Positions 22,631 to 34,710 of a DNA stretch of 64,000 nt are shown one piece after another. Under the pieces are notes generated by a model that was not told where the DNA came from, did no database searches, and was given only the letters and a program-made list of their open reading frames with translations. The stretch comes from Penicillus capitatus (taxonomy: Eukaryota > Plantae > Chlorophyta): positions 309,197 through 373,196 of the forward strand of contig OZ287694.1 of assembly GCA_965649825.1 (NCBI GenBank), in the 5' to 3' direction. Position 1 is the stretch's first letter, and every line of letters starts with the position of its first letter. The position numbers and the translations under genes were made by a program.

Positions 22631-25223
22631 GGTTCCACATTTGAAAGCGATTGGAAAGCCGTTAGAGTAGCGCATCGTCAATAAGATTAGCCTCAGTCGC
22701 GGTCGACCGTGTTCCTAGAAGAACGCTTTGTGCTGAACACATCGCCCGTCGATTCAGACCACGCTGCACGCGAACGGTGGAATCACAACGACATCCACCG
22801 GACTGACGACTGACTGACTCTTCATCTTACCTCGAACAATCCGTTCAATAGACGAACTAAGGCAGCGCACTCGCGCCAACGGTTATAAGACAGCGCACGA
22901 CAAACGGCAGACGGCGGTGCGGTCACATCATGCCTGACGACAGCACCATCATGACCATCGTATCCAATTGTCTTAACCCCTAAATGCGATCTCCTCTTCC
23001 TTTGAACACAACGTGAACAGTTTCACCTGACAAACACACATGGCTGAGCCTCTTTGATGTGGAGTGGACTAACTGCTTTGCTGACTGGCACCTGAAGCAG
23101 CTGTTCTTGAATCTGTCAGGGGATTCGAGACATTGTCCAGGAGCATTAGAACTCCATTCCAATTCCTCCTCACCATTGACACCAGATAATGATCCATTCT
23201 GCTTTCAATGACCCTACGCGTGAAGAACACAGTCTAGAATGGAGAAGATCTAAGCTGGAAATACTAAAGAGTTTCCAAAGAACCGAAATCTGACTCCAAG
23301 GTTATCTTCTATGCGATGCTGAATGCCCTCTTCGCGGATGTGAGTGACAATGCAGAGAGCTTCCTTGTATACAGATCGTTGACCAGGGAAGCACAGATTG
23401 ATGAACTGCGCGGCTCTCTCTCGGCAATCAATGACTCCTGGTTGACGCCGTTGCCCGTTGTCACCGCGATTTCACACCTTCCTCTACCTCCATCTACAGC
23501 AGGGCAATCGACAGAGAGAGAAGATTTCACAGCGTTACCGGTGCATGTATGTATCTTGACACCCATTGCTAGAATCCATGACGCAGTAGTTGTTGTTTTA
23601 ACATTTTGAGCTGACGATCTTTTATCCACTAACTTTAGCTGCAGAACACGTGAGCCTTGTATCCAGATAGTCTGCAATGACTTAGCCACATAAACGACAC
23701 TCGGCACACTACATGAAACACGTGACCGAGAGCTTCTTGACATCCATAAACACGGACGGACCATTGTTCACTTGTCGAAGCGTGTAAGTCTACTACGAGC
23801 GTAGTCGCACAAGGGATGTATACGTACTGAAACGAGCAGCTTATTAGTTCGATCGCTCTAGTAGCAAACAGAGTAGCCACGATAGCCAGTCCTCGGGCAC
23901 CAATTGTCCCTACAAACTTCTTTCCTTCTCTCTTCGATGGGACATTCCTTTAATGAACTACTGAAAGCCGGACTGTCACCTTATTCAAACCTCAATCCTG
24001 CCGTATATCTACGAGACCAACAAACACTCCAATGATCTCGAGACAACCAGAGCCTAACAACGCACCGTTCCACAGGTAAGACAACGATGATTGTCGGAAC
24101 AGCCTCTCCACAACCGGATACATCTCCATCTTGGCATCTTCGTTCCAGATGACTGACAGAGTATAGCAGGCTGAATACGTGAGACTTGACTGGCACGACT
24201 GTGACCGATGTCGTGATCTTCAAGGACGTAAGTGTGACTTCAAGCGACATCTCTGCAAAGTGACCTGCATGAAGTGTTCGGACAGTTTGGGGTGTCCCAC
24301 GGATGTCCGTCTAAACAATGGCGCCAGTTTCGGTCGCGCTCTCCCAAGAGGTCACGGAGAAGGTGAGAACGGATCTCTGACTTCATGAACAATAGTACGG
24401 CATCCACCGCTCTCTGCTTGTTTGTCCATTACTCGCGTTTCCCTACGAAGATAGAGAGTGTGTTCGTCATCGGTCGAAGAAGCATTGATGTCGGTGCTTA
24501 GAGTACCTTCCAAACAGTAGATGCGTTGTTCGCATCGTGTCCAGAGTAGAAACCCACTCGGTTGGAGTGACGAGACGGTCACAGAACGTTTCGATGGAGA
24601 CGACGTTGGCTATTCGCCGCACCGCACGTAACATGTCTGTCTTCGCGTCTTGCATCGTTGCAAACAGCAGCGATCGTGGGACGGTGCGCGCACCGCTTCT
24701 TCAATGTTGTGTGCCGCCAGTGCAGGGCGGCGAACCTTTGTCAGGGTGCACTGGCATGGCTTGGCGAGTTGATTAAACGCCTTGCGTATCTGAGTGAGCG
24801 CGTCACGAGAAATGCTTGTGTGCCGCAGTGCTTGAACGTTGGCGGTTTATATCTCGCCTTCTATGCGAAAGAGCACCGAACTCGCCAGAGCCATGGAACG
24901 ACGAGGAAAACGGGAATCCTCCAAAGCCAGTGAACACTAGTACGCTTAGCAGAATGGAGTCGAGAATCCGTTAGAGTTCGATAGGGTGAAGCTTCGCGAA
25001 GCGAAAAGAAAGTTCCATCCAGTCAGCGCAGGTCACGTCCCGTCAATAAAAGGAATGCATCTCTATCCAACACGCGCTACAGTTTTTCCGTCGACTGTTT
25101 GGTTGTCAGAAGAAGTTGGAGACCAAACTCAAAAACGCGACGAAGTGAATTCAAGGTGTTTGCTTTGGAGCTTTGTTGCCAAACACGCTCGCTCGTGCAG
25201 GAGTTGACAAGAATCTCGCCGCC

Positions 25224-27101
25224 ATGTTTGCCTACCGCGCCGCCATTTTCACATGCCTCTTTCTCTTGGCCGACCGCGATGGAGGAACGGTTTCACTCGC
25301 CAGGGCAGCGACAGAGGAATGGCACACGACAGAGGGATACTCCAGCGACGCGGCTCACGAGTCGCAGATTTCGCATTCGCCTTCGGTTACGTTCGCCGAC
25401 GCGGACGGCCGTCGTGTTTGCGAGGGGACACTTGTGACGCCGCTTCACGTCCTGACAGCAGCTTCCTGCGTCGACGACAGTGTCACTGGCTTCGACCCGT
25501 CTCAACTATCTGTCGTTATTGCCACCGCGGATGACAGCGCCTCGACTGCGATTAGTAAAGGTATTCTCTAGACCGAAATGACTGAGGGGTGACGTTCGTT
25601 TCTCAGAGGCCAGAATCGGTATCTCTCGCGTCGAGGCCCACGAGGCATACAGAAAGGGGAATGGATACAAGGCACAGTACGATGTCGCCTCTGTCGAACT
25701 GAAGGAACCCGCGACGTTTGCCGCCATATCATCGCTTATCCCGGAATCGTCAGCCGGCTGCAGCAAGATCGACTTCGCCGGTGTGGCAGTGCGTCGAGCA
25801 ATGACGGCAGCAAATTGGATCGGTACACTTTTTAACACACACCGTCTCTCACTCGAAACCATCCAGAAATGCACAGCAGGCCGAGAGACGTTCGTCTGCA
25901 TAGCCAACCGCGTCAAATCATTGGATAATGGAGGATGCTTTACTTAGGAGTGGCGATGGGGATTGGGCGGAGATAACCATCTGTGCTTTTGCCAGTCGCG
26001 AACGAGACTTCAGAGATCTTGGCCGCGGCATTCTGTGCTCGCAGGGATTCGGAAGGCCGCCTCTTCTTGTTGGTCTTGTCACCATGGCAGATAAGTCGAA
26101 TGGCGATCGATTCCCGCTCTCCATCAGCATCCCATCCGCTTTTCTGACTGTCGATCCCAACCAGAAGACAAAGCCTGGCATTCTTCTACTGCTTGACGAA
26201 GATGCCAGCGAAGCCACCCCTGTATTGCATTACGAGAAACTCATCCCTGTATTGGAATACGAGGAAAACCCCACCCCTGTATTGGAATACGTGGAGGCAC
26301 CCAAAAGGGAGTATAAGCCCGTTATGCATGGCGAGGATGTTTGGGAGGTCATTTGCCCGTATGCTACTTCTATCTGGCTAAACAACGAGGTTCATTATTG
26401 CAACGGTGCACTCATCAGTTCCAAACACGTGCTGACTGTCGCATCGTGTGTGGAGCGATTTCATGACCCATCTAAAGTCACCTGTAAGATCGGTGATGTC
26501 CACATCCGTGACGAAGAAAGGGGTCCTGATGCCGAGACGATAACGGCATCCAAGATCGTCATGCCTCCTCGACAACGCCACAAGAAGGCCAAGTTCGCTA
26601 TCATTGTCCTGGAGACAGAATCCAAGAATGATCCCATTCAGCTGCCCGAAGCAGGTCAGCCAAATCGACAGCAGATGAAATCGTATATTCGTTCGTACAG
26701 GTGCCGATGACTGCAAGAATGGGCTCAGCGTAGTTGTTTTTGGCTGGGGGCCGACGTCACCTGGCCAAGAGTATTCACCAATCCTCCAGCAAGGAAACGT
26801 CAATTGCATGAATCACGAGACCTGCCGAGATAGGTATTCTTCCGAACTACCAAGGCTCGAAGAAGACGAGCTGTGTTCCTACAATCCAAACGCCGGAGCA
26901 TCCATCTGCAACCGCGATGACGGTGCCGCAATGGTGACGGTGAGAGTGGAGGCCGATTGGAGCGGACAAGTTCTCATCGCAATGGCTGGAAGCAGCACCA
27001 AGAAAACGGACTGCGCCGAACTCCCTTCCAAATTCATCAACATCGTGCCACACTTGGAATGGATCCAAAGCGTCTTGGAGACAGAGAAGGGGACGGAATG
27101 A
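25224..27101 (+). CDS. Secreted tandem trypsin-like (S1) serine protease homolog, catalytically inactive, copy A
   Basis: Signal peptide MFAYRAAIFTCLFLL; two S1 domains (CEGTLVTPLHVLTAASC; CNGALISSKHVLTVASC); catalytic His is Ser in both, nucleophile region is RDLGRG / RDDGAA; GT-AG introns. Confidence 0.85.
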
Positions 27102-27105
27102 ATGA

Positions 27106-28790
27106 CTAGAGGGTGACGATGATGTTGTCCATTATTTCGTTACATGCTCTGGGGTGTCGAGCGTTCACGATTCCGCTGTCGCCGCAGACATTAGCGTTCA
27201 CGGTTCGTGCGTTCATCGACGGACAACGTTGCCGAATCTCGCGCACTGTTTGCCGGCAATGCAATTTCGATGTCCATCTCGCAGTTTCTCTGAAAGTCAC
27301 CGATCGGCCATGTGAATCCTTCATGCAGAAGCACACAGTCGGTCCAGTGTCTACCTTTCGAGTGCAGCAAAGACTCAACCGGCAGCCTCTCTCCTGCAAG
27401 ATCCAGAGATTCTGGGGGTACGCGGTTCTGATTTTCGCAGCGTCTTGAGATGTCCGCAATAAACGTCACATCACTCACTTCAAAGACTCGTTCGTACTCC
27501 AAGTGGCGGTACGACCAGAGCGTGACGACGCATGGGTCCACGAAGCAGGATTCTGTCCAGGCTGTTGTCGACTGACAATCCAAGAATGTGACGTTCTACA
27601 CTCTTGGACGAAGCTGAATGCATGTTCGTTCGTTCGTTCGCAGTTCAGACTGCACACATCTGTCGGTGGAGCTCGGCAATGCACAGTCGAGCGATGGCGA
27701 GCGGCGCTCTCCTTCCATCACAGCCGCCGGTAGAGACGAGGCGAGAACGGGATCGTGTTGCCGGGAGAGGCCGAAGCTTTGACGACTCAGAGATTCTATG
27801 CACGATGGAGTGCATCTGTACATGCCGATCAGCATCAAGAAGAGGACGGTTGGCATTTTAACCGCACGAGACTCTTACGTTCTTGTCTCTCGTGCCGAAG
27901 AGTGTGATATCTTCTTGCAAGAGGGGAAAGGACAGACGTAGGAGTTGGAAGGAGAAGTGATTGACGTGACAACACCTTCGTCAGACTTGGACATCGCAGC
28001 GGGTGTATTGTCTCTCTGTGTCCGTCAGTCGATAAACAGATCGTTGTCAGACGTCCAACAGTATTTTCCGACGCTCCGTAACCCGGACTGCCCTCAGCGG
28101 CTCGCAGAAAACAGGAAACGGAATCGGCTGAGTGTATGACGTACACTTTTGGAAACGCTTCCGCGGGAAACGCATCTAGATTCTGACGGCAGTCAGCCAC
28201 TTCAGACGCACCCGAGATCTGAACATTACAGGCTCCAAGTTCTCTTCAGTGACAGCAGCCATCTCGTGCTTTTACCAGTTGCCGTGTCCTTACCTTGACG
28301 CTGATTGACCCAATTGCGAATCCTCCTGTTGGATCTCTGATCGAGGGTTTGTTCTCTGACGCAAGAAATGATATGGAGATCGGGAGACTCAGACGACTGC
28401 GAGCGATGTCTACGTCCTGCGCTGAATTTCAGTGATTCCGGATCACTCTGTCGATGCGGTATGTACGCATTCATGCACTTACTCTCTGATCTTAAAGAGT
28501 GTGTCGTGTAGGTCTTTCAAGTCGATGTGTTCGATCGCCTCTCTCGCAGACAGAGCATATCACTGAGAAGATCCTTCAAGAAGTGTACCGGGACACAGTC
28601 CTTTCGCATTCTCTCGATGAAGCACAGTCCTGTGCATGGGATACCTCAGCTAATAATTTCTTACATCTATTACTCTCTGATAGCTTCTCAGATTCCTGTT
28701 GTTTGTTGCGTGAATTGTGTCCTTGAAGATGTCTCACGAGGGAATCTCTTTCCTCTTGCCAAATGGAAGACACGCACTGGAGACGAGTGG
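27106..28790 (-). CDS. Hypothetical multi-exon gene, copy A (convergent with the trypsin-like gene)
   Basis: Frames conserved with copy B: SSIWQEERDSLVRHLQG, AREAIEHIDLKDLH, NSAQDVDIARSRLSLPISIS...GFAIGSISVK|gtaag, ERLPVESLLHSKG. Confidence 0.45.
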
Positions 28791-29760
28791 ATGTGACTGT
28801 ATGGATGAATGGCTCATGGACTCACCTGAATCTGTTGTATACAGGATACTATATTCGGATTTTAGTCAGTAGACATGGGTCTTTGAGGGCTCTTTGATAG
28901 AGTTTTCGACGCCGCGGCTATGGTGTTGGATAACTCGTGCTTTCGTTTCCTTACTGCATGGCGCAGAGGTCACCATACGATTATCTGTCAGACATCCTAT
29001 GAAATACATGGTACCCGAGTGCACTTCTTAGCAGCACAGGAAAATCTCCGCCGCCGCCGCCGAAAGACATCAAAAATGTCTTTTCGTTGTTTGACGGCAC
29101 GGATATAAACAGTTATGGTAACCGTGTCGGAGAAAAGGAGTTCCTCTGTACGCCGCCGCCAAACAAACACCGCGTCGGCTTGCTCTGCATTCCGTCGCGG
29201 AACCGGCGCCAAGAGCTCTTGAAACGCATATCTTAGCTTACCTCGAGCGCGCCGCTTTGGATTCGTTTTGTTTGGGAGTTTGCGGAGACTGCTTTTTCGT
29301 CGTCGTTCTTCTAGACGGCGGTTGCTGCACGCACTTCTTCGTTATAGCTAGCTCGCTCCCCGTTTGCTTCCTCTATACATGTAAAACTGACTGCGTCGGA
29401 GTGTCTCGTTAAACCACTGCTGTTTTCCCTGTGCACTTCCAAGTTCAATCCGACTGTCGGTCAAGCGCAATCTTTCGGGCCAACTTCGCGCCGTACCGGA
29501 GGAAGAAGTCGAATGAAGCTGCTGTGAGTATCCGACTCGGCCATCTGCCTCAAGGTCCTATCAAACGCAATTGCGCCGCAGCCAGCACAAAACTGCCTGG
29601 TTGGATATCGCCGACGCAGAGTCGAAGCGCCCGGAGGCTCTAAAAGGCCGTTCTGTTACAGCTTTCCACCGTCGTTCGCTTTTGGACTTCTCTCTTCTAT
29701 TCATACCGTTTGTTCCAGTCCTTGAAGACTTACCTTTCTCTCGTCGCCGTCCTATCGAAG

Positions 29761-30675
29761 ATGAGATTCGCCATCGGTCTGCTCGTTTGCCTGCTCTTCG
29801 CGGTGCGGACGTCGCGTCTTTGTGGAGCGAAGCGCTGATTCTGTGTGTCGCAGGGAATGATGCATTCCGTCGTCGGACAATGTTCAGACCCACCGTGCTT
29901 AGGTTTGGGTATCGATTCCGCAACGCGGTGAACTAACCGTTGGTGTTCGCATATAGACAGTAACGATATCTATTCTGGAACAGAGTGGCCAGGTGGCGAT
30001 ATACAACCTTCTCCGGATCCAAAATTCAAAAAGACGAGGATGAATGCTGTAAGGAGTGCGAGAATAGACAAGGAGGTTCGCATCTGTTTTTGTCGACATC
30101 GGCGCTGACGTGACTGTTGTGCCCGATGCGTCAGGGTGTCTTGCTTGCATCTTTCAAAATAATGAATGTTATCTCAAAGATCAGATCAACCATCCCAGAG
30201 ACTGCATGGATTGCCGCGGCGTAAACCTTTCGGAGCGCGTAGGGTGTCGTTGTATACGAACTTTCGGATGAATGTCGTGTTCTAGAGATTGGCCGGCAAA
30301 TACAATCCTCAATATGAGACCGACAGTTGGGGCGGAGACATCCCTGTCGGTGGTCCCAACTTCGTAAACGTCGACGACCCCAACGTCTGCGCAGATCACT
30401 GTGATGCCAATGCTGGTCCTCCCGCCGCCGTTGCATTATCGATCAACTAACTCTGCGTTGTGTCCGAAGCGTGCATTGCGTTTGTTTGGAGAAGAGATCA
30501 TTGGCATTGTTGGCTCAAGAAAACAATCAATCCAGATCTGACCCACTGTCCAGCATGTGTCTTTGGAAGAAAGAAGCAAGAACGCTCTCATTCTGTTTGT
30601 CTTTCTAAGTCCTTTTCTCGTTCCCGTTTAGGTGAACCAGCTTTTGAAAGTGAAAGGCGACACCGGCATAAATGA
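29761..30675 (+). pseudogene. Secreted two-PAN/Apple-domain gene, copy A, probably disabled
   Basis: MRFAIGLLVCLLFA signal peptide and PAN motifs (CC..C...C..F.F...CYLK; GGDI...C..HC...CIAFVW....CWLK). Relative to copy B: apparent frameshift near 30020, donor GT changed to GA near 30071, and loss of the stop codon. Confidence 0.7.
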
Positions 30676-32499
30676 TGTCGCTCTATAAACGTCTCCTGTC
30701 GCCTTTTCAAGTCGTATTTTGTCATTTGCCTACGAAAACGCAACGCATGTTACTCTTTTCTTCTTAAGCCCATGTTTAGATGGATCCTTCGAAACGAATG
30801 GCATGAAATGATTTCCTAACCACTGTAAGACTTGCGAATGGTTGCAGTAGTCCGTGGCACGGAGTAGAGACAATAGAAGTCACAAAAGCCGACAGAAAAC
30901 CTGTCTGTGACGCACGCGTTCGCCGTCACTGTCACGAATCATTAAGTCTGACACGCGCTTTAATGTCAAGCGCTGCTTCGAGACTGTCCTTACCGCTCAG
31001 TCTCACTTCAGTATATCTCTGCAAAAAGGATGGTCACTGGATAGGTTCAATGGCGCACTTTAGGTCGGTATCAAAGCTCTGACATCATAGACGGTGCCGG
31101 TTTTGGGAGATCAGTCGGTAATCGGCATCAAATCAACTCGACAGATATTCTTGCTGAGTCACTGCAAGTGATCGATCTTTACTAAGAGCGCATGTCGTCT
31201 TATCTGCAATATCATTAGAACCCGCTTCAAAGTACCTGGTGATTGTCGCTGACTGCCTGTAGACTCGAGGAAAGCCGCTATACGGACCATAGCAGAGAAG
31301 CTTGAGGTTGTTGGTTGAAGCAGGGTTTTTTAACTGGTTTCCAGTGGATTCTGTGGTTTCACTTCTGGATTGATTACAGGTCCCTCGATCGGGCTCGGGC
31401 TTCGGATAGCGAAGCTTCGGCCAGTGCTTTGAGCACTGGTCCATGTTGCTTTGCAGGCTCCTCTCCCAGGGAAGGCGTTTTAGCCGTTTCTTCAGGCGTG
31501 CTAGACTCCACGCAGAAAGAAAAGTTCATTGCTTAAACCGCTCGCTATCCAGTGCATACCGACCCACCCACTCAAGAGCCGTTTGCAGGCTGACTCACTG
31601 TCGCATCATTCGACTTCCGCTGACTCAACATCGCGTCACCTTAACGCGCTGGCGGGAGCAGTTTGGCCCAGACACATACGGATTGCGAATGTGCAACGAC
31701 GTAAGCATTCTGTTGTCGTGTCGGTACTCTGTATACTGTCAGATATCACTCTGTTGGGACATGACGCAAAAAGAGCTCGCCGCCTGATTCAGCGATAAAA
31801 GGGGCAACGCTCCGCGACATTCAGTTTTAAACCTGAATCCTGAATGTGATGTGCATAGACACAAAGAAGACTTCATAAGAACTAGACTGTTCACATTGCG
31901 GTGTACATTTCGCCTCGGTCCTTCTTGCAACAATCTTAGCCATCCGTTTCGTCAGTTGTCTTCACCGGCCTCAATTTAATTTCTAAAATTTGGCACTCAA
32001 AATTAAACGCAGCGGTTGTAGTTTAAGTACTGGCTTTGGGGACGCTGAGAATTACTGTCCGATGGTGGTTCACAGCCACTCGATGGAAGCCGACAGGCAG
32101 ATTAAGCAAATGGAATGATGGATATTGCTTGACAGCATGAATGGCTATTCGGTAGGAGTTAGTCTGAATCGTCGTTGGAAACAGATGTTTGCAAGTGTCA
32201 TCATCACTCATCCCAGAAGCTGTGGGCGTCGGTCTGAAGAGATAAGATGGATGGACTCTACGACAACGATAACGTGTATTTCAAGAGCTCTTGGTGGTCA
32301 ACTGAATCCATCTACCTAGTTATAGCCTGTAAAGGCCACAGGCCAATAAAACTACAACAGCGCTCGTGTCAATTATCCAATCCCGCTAAATAGTAAACAG
32401 TAAACTCATTGATTTTGTATTCAACGTTGCCGAGAGACAAAGGAAATGCGAAGAGAATGATGGCGCTCATACCTTGTTTCCGAACGTGAAACACGTTTG

Positions 32500-32655
32500 A
32501 GTTCCCTATATTAAAAGGCTTTATTCAATCTGCATTCTATCTTTCTAGAAATCGTACGTCGGAGAGACAAGGAGTAAAGTTTAACAAGAAGGCATGAATC
32601 CACGAAGCTGTCCTTGACCTGATGAAGCCATGATCTTAACGGGTGGCAAAAAGAA
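32500..32655 (+). mobile_element. Degraded Penelope-like element fragment (GIY-YIG endonuclease remnant plus degenerate hammerhead ribozyme)
   Basis: Translates RLYSICILSF*KSYVGETRS, then after a frameshift SLTRRHE; followed by CTGATGA-A-GCCA...TGGC-AAAA. Confidence 0.55.
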
Positions 32656-32974
32656 TGCCTCACAATGACTCGTCGACGACAAAATGTCCGTTGTTCTGTT
32701 TTAATTTAGTCAGAGTCGTCGAACACCCGAGACAAATCACGACGCCACCCCCTCTGGAACGCCCCTCACTCTCTGGCGGCTTTCCTAGAAGAAATAGCCC
32801 AGGAGTGGCGGCAACAAGGAAGGTCCTGGTACTGATACGGCACCCGGAACGGGGTGACTGCACCCCTGAACACTCGATCTGGCCCTCTTCTCTGATGTTT
32901 AACTTTAAAAGTGGATGTAAGATTTGCCAATTTTATTTATTTTATTAAATCTCGATGCCGAGCGGCAAAGTCCT

Positions 32975-33165
32975 CGGAAAAGTCGTCGCAAAATCGTCAA
33001 AGAGTCGTCGGCCAAGTCGTCATGGATGCGGAGTGGTCTAGAGGGGAAGTCGTCAAAGAGTAGTCGTGGATGCAGGTGGTCGGTAGAGAAAGCTGTCAAA
33101 TAGACGTTGGCAAATGTAAAATTCGTCACAAAGTCGTCGTCGAAGTCGTCAAAAGCGTAGGATGG
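32975..33165 (+). repeat. AAGTCGTC-rich minisatellite (~50-55-bp degenerate unit), split by the TRIM; related tracts at 5330-5475, 21590-21700 (reverse), 33882-33930 and 46680-46780 (reverse)
   Basis: Recurring GAGTCGTCGGCGAAGTCGTCA(T/C)GG(A/G)TG...GGTCGGTGGAGAAAGTCGTCAAA. Confidence 0.8.
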
Positions 33166-33881
33166 TGTCGTGTTTGTCAACGGACGGGTTAACGACGAAG
33201 GCGTAAAGCTTACAAAGACTGTTTGTACATTGATTGTCAGAATTTAAGCAATTCTTTGGACAGCTGCACGAAGGTGGAGAGCTGTCCACTGACATGTGCC
33301 CACCCCCTTTCCGTTGTGCAGACTCCGAATGATGCGAACGGAACACATCTCACGACAGTCGGGATGTCATCAGGCTGGCCAGGAGTCGAGCCAGGGCCAT
33401 CGTCACGTGGCTTCTCCCTCTGTGGCCCATTCGCCGCAGCTTTGTATCTCTTACGTCTCTGAGACTTCAACGCCGACTCTGGAAATTCAAACCGTACTTC
33501 ACAGCGACAACACGTCCGTGGTGACCCAGATAGAAAACGTAAACACAGACAAAGTAACAACGAACTTAAACACAACAATGCGCAACAGTACGCTTATCGC
33601 AGCGTGAAACTGAAACGCAGCAACTCGGACGATGGAACGAACTACAGATTGCAGGTGGTAGGTAAAACGCTGTCACCACGGACGTGTCTTGGAAAGTCTC
33701 CGGTCTTCGATGACGGGATTCTATCGCCGGAATCTTTGTCGCTCCGAAACCATGTCGTGTTTGTCAACGGACGGGTTAACGACGAAGGCGTAAAGCTTAC
33801 AAAGACTGTTTGTACATTGATTGTCAGAATTTAAGCAATTCTTTGGACAGCTGCACGAAGGTGGACAGCTGTCCACTGACA
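33166..33881 (-). mobile_element. TRIM (non-autonomous miniature LTR retrotransposon), 716 bp
   Basis: 129-bp TG...CA direct repeats (33166-33294, 33753-33881; 1 mismatch), 4-bp TSD ATGG, PBS TGGTTTCGGAGCG (33740-33752), PPT AAAGGGGGTGGG, and no pol coding capacity. Confidence 0.93.
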
Positions 33882-34710
33882 ATGGTCGGTGGAGAAAGTC
33901 GTCAAAAGGCAGTGATATAGTCGTCACGGGTGCGCATAAGTTGGCGACAGCGCCTTCTCGACTGTGGGGATCGACCCGAAGCGGATAGTGCAGTTGGACC
34001 AGTTCGAGAAGTACGACCGCGGGGATCGATTCCTGTGCCGGACACAGAGGAGGGACGTCCAATCAGAGTTGACCCGGTTGTGTCCGGCGAGCCCGCGCCG
34101 AGTTGGATGGGTTCTGGCGGGGAAAGGACAACGTCGCGCTAAGTTCGGGGGCCGACGATAGGGCCACCACCCGGACAAAAACTTTTGTCGACTTCTCCTT
34201 TGACTTCTCTAGTCGCCCAAAAACGAGGCAAACGCGACGACTTTTCGCGGAACCGCAGGTGCGACATAGCGATTTTTGATGACAGTGGCCACGTTTTCTG
34301 ACTTCTGCGTCTCTCAAAGAGTCAATTCACCTGTCCTCCTGAAACTTTACGCCTCGGTGCAGTCGGCGTCACGTCTAACGAAGCCTGCTCTGCGAGTTCT
34401 TACGATCCCTCGAGTTTTCTCTCTTCAACGCAAGCGATGGCGCGGGTAATGCCTACGAGTCGAAAATACTCATATCATTCCAAAGGTTCTTAATATCGCG
34501 TAGTTCTAAGAGTTTTCTGGGAAATCAAGGCGATGTTCGCACAGTTACTCAGCTCCCAATTGCTTGCTATCCTCAATTGGGGTCCTACATCATCCACCTT
34601 CGTCGCAGTCATGCCTGTGCAAATTCCTCATTCAAACGACTTCTTTTCGACCTTGCGCGTCTTTTGGATACTCGCGCTTTCTGACGTATCGTCTGCGCAA
34701 ACATTCATCC
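33882..34710 (-). repeat. Inverted copy of the 20810-21600 repeat
   Basis: The reverse complement aligns along its length (e.g. AGCAATTGGGAGCTGAGTAACTGTGCGAAC). Confidence 0.9.

Larger units (their letters stand above)
21300..31865. repeat. Segmental duplication, block A (partner: 46415-53816 plus 60603-61760)
   Basis: Collinear homology across the repeat, trypsin-like gene, hypothetical gene, PAN gene and the downstream TTTTAAACCTGAATCCTGAA segment. Confidence 0.9.

Noticed and set aside
24179-24290. Cys-rich stretch ending CKVTCMKC resembling an ShK domain
   Set aside because: It contains a strong GTAAGT donor and may be largely intronic; Cys spacing is incomplete.
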